Source: Chlamydiota bacterium (GTDB lineage Bacteria; Chlamydiota; Chlamydiia; Chlamydiales; SM23-39). Taken from it: a DNA stretch of 12,110 nucleotides. How positions within the stretch are numbered: position 1 is the stretch's first letter; each line of letters opens with the position of its first letter. The translations under genes and the position numbers were made by a program. Positions 6,421 through 12,110 of this stretch are shown here, one piece after another. The DNA lies in the NCBI GenBank assembly GCA_038534095.1, contig JBCAXK010000029.1:9334-21443 (forward strand), read 5' to 3'. The notes under the pieces were generated by a model. That model ran no database searches. It was not told the DNA's origin and was given only the letters and a program-made list of their open reading frames with translations.

Positions 6421-8055
6421 GTGCGGTATTTATTAGCTCAAATCAATCCCATTATTGGAGATCTTGCCTACAATACGGAAAAGATTCTCCGTAGCATTGA
6501 AGTGGCCAAGAACTCTGATTGTGATCTTGTCATTTTTCCAGAAATGGCCCTAACTGGGTACCCTCCTGAAGATCTACTTCTCGATCCTTCGTTCCTTTCT
6601 GGGGTAGAAGAGGCGTGTCACAAAGTCGAGCAAGCCTCCCGAGGCATTGGGGTTCTTGTGGGCCTTGTCAGAAAGAGTGGCAACAGGCTCGGCAAGGCGC
6701 TACTCAATAGCGCAGCCTTTCTTTTGGATGGGAAGGTTATGGGGTATCACGATAAAATGCTTTTGCCTACCTACGATGTTTTTGATGAAAGGCGCTACTT
6801 CGCTCCTGGGAAAAGCCCCTGGACCTTTTCCTACAAAGGGAAAAAGATCGGAGTACTGATTTGTGAGGATGTGTGGCAACATGGCTCCTATTTGGAGGAG
6901 GCCTACTTGGAGGATCCTGTTAAGACGTTGCAATCCGCTTCGTTAGATCTTGTGATCAATATCGCCGCTTCTCCCTACTACTTTGCAAAGCATTTCGTGA
7001 GAAAAGAGGTCTTTTCACCTGTTATCTCCACCTTGGGATGCCCCCTCCTTTTTTGTAATCAGGTAGGCGCGAATGATTCTCTAATCTTTGATGGGCGCTC
7101 TTGCGTGATTTCTGCAAAGGGAGAAACCCTTTTAGAGGCAAAGCCATTTGTTGAAGAACATTTGCTCTTTGATGATGCGGCGCTTTCGAAAAAGGCGCTC
7201 CCAAAAGAGGATCCTACAGAGATGCTCATCGAGGCTTTATGCTTAGGAATCGCGGATTATTTTGCGAAGCAAGGGTTCACAAAAGCCGTTGTAGGTGTCT
7301 CAGGGGGAATCGACTCTGCGCTTGTTTTGTACCTTGCTCAAAAAGCGCTTGGGAAAAATCAGGTACAAGGGCTTTTTATGCCCTCCCGCTTTACGAGTAA
7401 AGAGAGTGGTGAAGATGCTAGCTTTTTAGCTAAGAATCTAGAGGTTGCTTTAGAAACTGTATCGATTGAGCCCTTATTTGAGCGTTACCTTGAGGTGTTA
7501 GAAAGCGCGTTTCATAAGCGCCCCTTTGGGGTGACCAAAGAGAATCTACAATCAAGAATTCGGGGGATGCTTTTAATGGCCTATTCGAATCAGTTTGGGC
7601 ATATTGTGCTCTCTACAGGCAATAAGAGCGAAATGGCTCTTGGGTACGCTACTTTGTATGGGGATCTTTGTGGAGGACTTTCTGTCCTAGGAGACCTCAA
7701 AAAAACGGAGGTATATGCATTAGCTCGCTGGATTCATCGCCATGAGGGAGGCATAATTCCAGAAAGAATTCTTACAAAAGAAGCGTCTGCAGAACTGAAA
7801 GAGGGGCAAAAAGATCGGGATACTCTTCCTCCTTATGAAGTGATCGATCAAATTGTAGAAGGCTATTTGGAGAGGGGAGAGCCTCCTGAAGTGCTTGCGA
7901 AAAAAAGAGGGGTGGATCTTGCGCTAACCCGCTCTTTGATCGAGAAGATCCATCAAGCCGAATACAAAAGAAGGCAAGCGCCTTTGGCTCTCCGTGTCAG
8001 CCGAAAAGCCTTTAGCAAAGGGAGGATCTACCCGATTGTACAAGGCTTTAGGTAG
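6421..8055 (+). CDS. nadE: Glutamine-dependent NAD+ synthetase
   Basis: N-terminal nitrilase-like glutaminase domain with the E-K-C triad (FPEMALTGY, HDKMLLPTYDVFDERRYF, ICED). C-terminal synthetase motifs GVSGGIDS, ENLQSRIRG, TGNKSE and AEYKRRQAP. The likely start is GTG 6421 (MRYLLAQINP) rather than 6364. Confidence 0.96.
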   Translation: MRYLLAQINPIIGDLAYNTEKILRSIEVAKNSDCDLVIFPEMALTGYPPEDLLLDPSFLSGVEEACHKVEQASRGIGVLVGLVRKSGNRLGKALLNSAAFLLDGKVMGYHDKMLLPTYDVFDERRYFAPGKSPWTFSYKGKKIGVLICEDVWQHGSYLEEAYLEDPVKTLQSASLDLVINIAASPYYFAKHFVRKEVFSPVISTLGCPLLFCNQVGANDSLIFDGRSCVISAKGETLLEAKPFVEEHLLFDDAALSKKALPKEDPTEMLIEALCLGIADYFAKQGFTKAVVGVSGGIDSALVLYLAQKALGKNQVQGLFMPSRFTSKESGEDASFLAKNLEVALETVSIEPLFERYLEVLESAFHKRPFGVTKENLQSRIRGMLLMAYSNQFGHIVLSTGNKSEMALGYATLYGDLCGGLSVLGDLKKTEVYALARWIHRHEGGIIPERILTKEASAELKEGQKDRDTLPPYEVIDQIVEGYLERGEPPEVLAKKRGVDLALTRSLIEKIHQAEYKRRQAPLALRVSRKAFSKGRIYPIVQGFR

Positions 8056-8875
8056 GGAAGTGTAGAGGAGAGACCTCTTCGATATGCGTTTTTTTTCTTT
8101 GGAGAAGAAACGCTCGATCAAGTCCAAGAGACACTCCAGCGCAAGGGGGAAGGTTTTCAGATGCGTCTAAAAATGCTTCATCGATCGCAAACGCTTTTTT
8201 CCCAGACCGCTCTCTTAGAGCATTTTGCTCTTCAAAACGTCTTCGCAAAGACTCTTTGCAGGTACATTCGACAAAGCCATTGGCTAGCTCAAGACCTCTG
8301 ACGTAAATTTCAAACCGCTCAGCTAGTCCGTTTTTTATGTTGGCTAAAGAAGCGCTTTCAGGGGGGTAATGGGTGACTACGGTTATCGGATACTCTTTGA
8401 GCTTGGGGACGATAAATGTGTCGAAGAGAATCTCCTTGTCTCTAGAATCTTCCTTGGGGACATGTTTCCAAAGCTCTTGATGTGTTGCGTAAACGGTCTC
8501 TTTTGGTCCTAAGAGCTCTTCTAAGAGCTTTAAGGTCTCCTCAATGATCTCTTCGTAGGAAAATCCCATCCGGTACCACTCGACCATCGAAAATTCGGTT
8601 TTGTGGTATCTGCCCTCTTCATGAGCTCGAAACACGTGGGCAATCTGGTAGAGGTCGATAGGAGCTTTACTCAGCACTTTTTTCATGGTGAATTCAGGAG
8701 AAGTGTGCAAAAAACCAAAGGGCGTTTCGATCGGATCGATATACGCGTCAATCTGCGCTTTTGGAATAAGATAGGGGAGGTCTACTTCTAGTACAGACCT
8801 TCTTGCAAAAAAGGCGCGGACGCTTTTTAACAGCTCCGCTCTTGCTTGCAGTAAAGAAAGAGCCGAATCAGACAC
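8048..8875 (-). CDS. epmA: EF-P lysine (R)-beta-lysine ligase (EpmA/GenX/PoxA)
   Basis: Catalytic-domain-only LysRS paralogue: FLHTSPEFTMKK, VFRAHEEGRYHKTEFSMVEWYR, ERFEIYVRGLELANGF, LPPCAGVSLGLDR. It lies directly downstream of efp. GTG 8875 overlaps the efp TGA (ATG 8884 is an alternative start). Confidence 0.93.
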   Translation of the reverse strand: MSDSALSLLQARAELLKSVRAFFARRSVLEVDLPYLIPKAQIDAYIDPIETPFGFLHTSPEFTMKKVLSKAPIDLYQIAHVFRAHEEGRYHKTEFSMVEWYRMGFSYEEIIEETLKLLEELLGPKETVYATHQELWKHVPKEDSRDKEILFDTFIVPKLKEYPITVVTHYPPESASLANIKNGLAERFEIYVRGLELANGFVECTCKESLRRRFEEQNALRERSGKKAFAIDEAFLDASENLPPCAGVSLGLDRAFLLQRKKTHIEEVSPLHFPT

Positions 8876-9434
8876 GCGACACATATTCTTGGGTACGAGT
8901 ATCGACCTTGATGTGTTCTCCTTCATCGATGAAGATCGGAATTTGGATTTTTGCTCCCGTTTCCAAAATGGCTGGTTTTAGAACCCGCCCAGAAGCGGTA
9001 TCTCCCCGAACCCCAGGAGCCGTTTCGACCACTTGGAGCTCCATGAACGTAGGCGGCTGGATATCGATCACATTCCCTTTATAAAAGATGACATCGTAAG
9101 AGGTGTCCTCTTTCATCCACTGCGCATGATTTTTGATCACGCTATCGGGGATATGCGTCTGATCAAAGGTTTCATCATTCATGAAGACGCCCCCATCTTG
9201 CTCTTTGTACAAAAGGCGCATCCGGGTCTCTTCAATGTCGGCCAATACGATTTTTTCTCCCGATTTGAACGTCTTTTCAAGGACGCGCTGTGTGAGGAGG
9301 TTTTTGCTCTTGATCCGATTGAACGCCTGCCCTTTACCCGGTTTGACAAACTCATTTTGCACAACCACGTAGGGCTCATTTTCTAGTTCTATTTTCATGC
9401 CAGGTCGAATGTCGTTTGTAGAGAGCTGAGTCAT
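8868..9434 (-). CDS. efp: Translation elongation factor P
   Basis: VKPGKGQAF loop (modifiable Lys), PGVRGDTASG and KPAILETGA. ATG 9434 has a GAGGAAAG SD and gives 188 aa. Confidence 0.98.
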   Translation of the reverse strand: MTQLSTNDIRPGMKIELENEPYVVVQNEFVKPGKGQAFNRIKSKNLLTQRVLEKTFKSGEKIVLADIEETRMRLLYKEQDGGVFMNDETFDQTHIPDSVIKNHAQWMKEDTSYDVIFYKGNVIDIQPPTFMELQVVETAPGVRGDTASGRVLKPAILETGAKIQIPIFIDEGEHIKVDTRTQEYVSRV

Positions 9435-9459
9435 AGTCTTTCCTCGATAAATAAAGTCT

Positions 9460-9502
9460 AGTATGCTGATTATTTTCAATTATTTCAATTCCTGTGTATA
9501 AC
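9460..9502. promoter_or_regulatory. Overlapping divergent promoters for efp and amn
   Basis: Minus strand TTGAAA (9488-9483), 17 nt, CATACT (9465-9460). Plus strand TTTCAA (9474-9479), 17 nt, TATAAC (9497-9502). Confidence 0.5.
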
Positions 9503-9522
9503 GAAAACAAGAGGTACTGCGT

Positions 9523-10362
9523 ATGGAACAAACTACTCCCGATAAAAATATGGAAGCGATGATTGCTTTAGAAACGTTAGAGCGCTATTCAGGATCTTCC
9601 CCCAATGACTTTCAATCCAATCTCATTTTGACAAATTTCCCCCGCTATGTGGAGTATTTTGCGCAAAGCCGTCAGGTGAAGGTGTTTGAAGGGTCGATGT
9701 TCAAAGTGGCCCACTGCGAAGAAGAGAACGTCTCCATCCTCGATTTTAAAATCGGTTCTCCTGCAGCGGCTCTTGTTGTCGATATTTGTTCCTTTCTTCC
9801 GGTAAGAGCTGCGGTATTACTTGGGATGTGCGGAGGGCTTAGGAGAAGATACCGCCCTGGCGAATACCTTGTCCCAGTAGCGAGCATACGAGGAGAGGGG
9901 ACTTCTGATTTCTATTTTTCTCCCGAAGTGCCCGCTTTAGCCAACTTTTTGATGCAAAAAGCCGTTACTGACGTTCTTGAAGACAATGGCGTCCCTTACC
10001 ACATTGGGATTACTTACACAACGAACATGCGTTTTTGGGAATTCAATCCCCCCTTCATCCAAAAGTTGAAGGAGACAAAAGCGCAAGGGATTGAAATGGA
10101 GTGCGCGACCCTGTTTTCTGCGAGCTACGCGCGGAAATTTACGTTAGGGGCGCTTCTTCTTGTGTCAGATCTTCCCCTCATGAAAGAGGGAATCAAAACC
10201 AAGCAAAGCTCGAACGAGATTTTTAACAAGCATATGAAAGAACATGTCGAAAATGGCATCGCAGTTCTCCGAAGAGCACGAACTATGCAATCCCATAAGG
10301 TGAAAGGCGCCTACCATCGGAATCTTCCTAAAAATATTGTAGAAAAAAAGAGTTTCTTGTGA
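9523..10362 (+). CDS. amn: AMP nucleosidase, short (PNP/UDP-1 domain only) form
   Basis: LERYSGS, ILTNFPRYV, FKIGSPAAAL, LGMCGGL, IRGEGTSDFY, TTNMRFWE, IEMECATLF and LLLVSDLP. GAGG SD upstream. Confidence 0.93.
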   Translation: MEQTTPDKNMEAMIALETLERYSGSSPNDFQSNLILTNFPRYVEYFAQSRQVKVFEGSMFKVAHCEEENVSILDFKIGSPAAALVVDICSFLPVRAAVLLGMCGGLRRRYRPGEYLVPVASIRGEGTSDFYFSPEVPALANFLMQKAVTDVLEDNGVPYHIGITYTTNMRFWEFNPPFIQKLKETKAQGIEMECATLFSASYARKFTLGALLLVSDLPLMKEGIKTKQSSNEIFNKHMKEHVENGIAVLRRARTMQSHKVKGAYHRNLPKNIVEKKSFL

Positions 10363-10385
10363 CGAAAATGTAAACAATCTATAAA
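10357..10385 (+). promoter_or_regulatory. Possible sigma70-type promoter for the orphan pair
   Basis: TTGTGA (10357-10362, containing the amn stop), 17-nt spacer, TATAAA (10380-10385). Confidence 0.4.
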
Positions 10386-10404
10386 ATCTTTTTTCAATAT
10401 TTTT

Positions 10405-11388
10405 ATGGATATTTACTATCAAAGACCTTACCCATTTCCCCCTACCGATTTTTTAGAGCAGTTATCGGACGTGCTCTTTGCTCCCATTCGGTTAATTGGG
10501 AACCGTGCTTTCATCTTAGGGGCGAAGGTGTGTCATGTAAAGAGCTCTTGGGGAAAGGCGCTTTTGGCGATCGTCAGCTTAGTACTTTTCCCTCTGATTT
10601 TACTGGGAGCGGTATTTGCTCTTCTTTCGAAATCCCGGAAAGAGGAGATCTTTTTTTCTAGCCAAAAGGATTGTACAGAGGCGATTCGCTTACATCACCA
10701 GTTTTTTGTTCTGAAGGATAATCGAGCCCTCGCAACGCAAACATGGTGGCTCAATCGAGGCATAGACCGTTTCATTGATCAGCAGCAAGAGAGAAAGAGG
10801 GGTAGAGATAAAGAGAGTCCAAAAAACGGGGTTGCTTTTTGGATCAAGCGGTTTCAAGAGGAATCTCAGTTGCTTTGCTACACCCCTCTTCTTTTGAGGC
10901 AAAGAATCCCTTCTTTTCTTGCTAGGGGAGATCTTTGCCAGATATCTCCCGAAGTGCAAAAAACTCTTCGAAAAGAGCTCTACTCGATCGGCAAAATTCA
11001 TAAGGTCAAAGATCCTAAGATAGAACCCTTTTCAACACTCACAAAAAAATCGATTCCTCACCGCATTGAAGAAATACAACAGATAGACAATCAGGCAAGG
11101 AGGATCCAAGAGATCTGCTTCTTACAAAAAGAAATTGTGAACTTGTCTCAGAAAAGAGCTAAACGGTGTTTTTACACTTTTGAGCCCTATGTTGCGACAA
11201 AAAAACAGGCGTTAGCTTGTATCGAGCAAGATTTCCAAGAAGAGTGCGCTATGTACGGCGATGCGCTTACTCCGGAGCGGAAAGAGGCTAGAGCCGATCA
11301 GATTGCTGAGTACTTTGGTCTCACAGATCAAGAACGAAACACGCTGATCCCTGTGGAGGAAATCTTGGAAGCAAAACATGAAGGGTAG
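10405..11388 (+). CDS. Hypothetical membrane-anchored protein (effector/Inc-like candidate), paralogue A
   Basis: 327-aa ORF with one Pro-centred hydrophobic segment (ALLAIVSLVLFPLILLGAVFALLS) and a charged helical C-terminus. I recognise no enzyme motif. Confidence 0.75.
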   Translation: MDIYYQRPYPFPPTDFLEQLSDVLFAPIRLIGNRAFILGAKVCHVKSSWGKALLAIVSLVLFPLILLGAVFALLSKSRKEEIFFSSQKDCTEAIRLHHQFFVLKDNRALATQTWWLNRGIDRFIDQQQERKRGRDKESPKNGVAFWIKRFQEESQLLCYTPLLLRQRIPSFLARGDLCQISPEVQKTLRKELYSIGKIHKVKDPKIEPFSTLTKKSIPHRIEEIQQIDNQARRIQEICFLQKEIVNLSQKRAKRCFYTFEPYVATKKQALACIEQDFQEECAMYGDALTPERKEARADQIAEYFGLTDQERNTLIPVEEILEAKHEG

Positions 11389-11392
11389 TTGT

Positions 11393-12103
11393 ATGGGAGA
11401 TTGTTCGTATCATCTCTCCATTTGGAGGGAGCGTCCTTTTGGATGGAAAGATGGTTTTGAGATTGCTTCTGATTTCTGTCTACGCATTCCTAGAAGCGCT
11501 TACGCTACTACCAAGCGCTTTTGTAGAAAAAAAAACCTTTCCGCAAGTCTTCAAATCCTTTGTCTTGTGATCTTGTCTGTCGTTACTTTCCCGATTGTGA
11601 TCATTGGACTCTTCTTCGCGTACTTATCTACAACGCGCACAAAGATCGCTCCGATTTCTTCTCAACAAGTTGGCTCCGTTTTTCGAGTCTATGAAAAAGC
11701 AGATGCTAACGAAAAGATCAGAATCGCTCACGCGATTGTGCAAGGGATTGATCAATTTCTTGCTCATGAACAAGAAGGGGAGCCTGCTTGCGAGGGGGAA
11801 CATTCTTCTTCTTGCTTTGGCAAGTTAACAGGGAGAGAGTATCTCTATCTTACAAGGGAGTATTTTCGTGAAAGTGGGGAAAACCTTAGGCTACAAAAAG
11901 TGTTACTTGAGGACTATGTGCCGCTTAAGGTAACGCAGGCTACGTCGGATCTTGAGTTAGAGTTCGTACAAAATCCCTTACAAAAACAGGAGATTTTTTC
12001 CAAATATTGCTTGTGGACAAGACTTTCACACGAATGTGAATCTCTTGTACGGAAACAGTTAAAACCTTTTGGTTCTCTAAAAGCGTCATGGGAATCAGTG
12101 TAG
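11393..12103 (+). CDS. Hypothetical membrane-anchored protein, paralogue B
   Basis: Same N-terminal architecture (ILCLVILSVVTFPIVIIGLFFAYLS). Start is ATG 11393 (GAAGGG upstream) or ATG 11378, which overlaps the previous gene. Stop TAG at 12101-12103. Confidence 0.75.
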   Translation: MGDCSYHLSIWRERPFGWKDGFEIASDFCLRIPRSAYATTKRFCRKKNLSASLQILCLVILSVVTFPIVIIGLFFAYLSTTRTKIAPISSQQVGSVFRVYEKADANEKIRIAHAIVQGIDQFLAHEQEGEPACEGEHSSSCFGKLTGREYLYLTREYFRESGENLRLQKVLLEDYVPLKVTQATSDLELEFVQNPLQKQEIFSKYCLWTRLSHECESLVRKQLKPFGSLKASWESV

Positions 12104-12110
12104 GGAAGCT

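Noticed and set aside
1642..11828. Remaining short (60-117 aa) ORFs nested in mscS, htpG, the transporter, nadE, epmA, efp, amn and the orphans
   Set aside because: They are alternate-frame or antisense overlaps of well-supported genes, with no independent evidence of coding.

Overview
Compact chromosomal segment that looks like an environmental Chlamydiota genome. The basis is the divergent efp/short-type amn pair, as I recall it from chlamydiae, plus membrane-anchored orphan genes. Left to right: (1) a >=488-aa coiled-coil CDS on the minus strand that runs off the left edge and is missing from the ORF track; (2) mscS, convergent with htpG; (3) an NSS/LeuT-family transporter whose Na1-site residues look substituted; (4) a decayed IS5-family transposase remnant; (5) glutamine-dependent nadE; (6) an efp-epmA operon with no adjacent epmB; (7) short-form AMP nucleosidase; (8) two tandem, diverged paralogous orphans with an N-terminal hydrophobic anchor (effector/Inc-like candidates). 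Most genes have a recognisable sigma70/sigma66-type promoter, which helps correct several start codons. I found no CRISPR array, RNA gene or clearly novel multi-gene system. The best leads are the orphan pair, the transporter's ion site and the coiled-coil protein.
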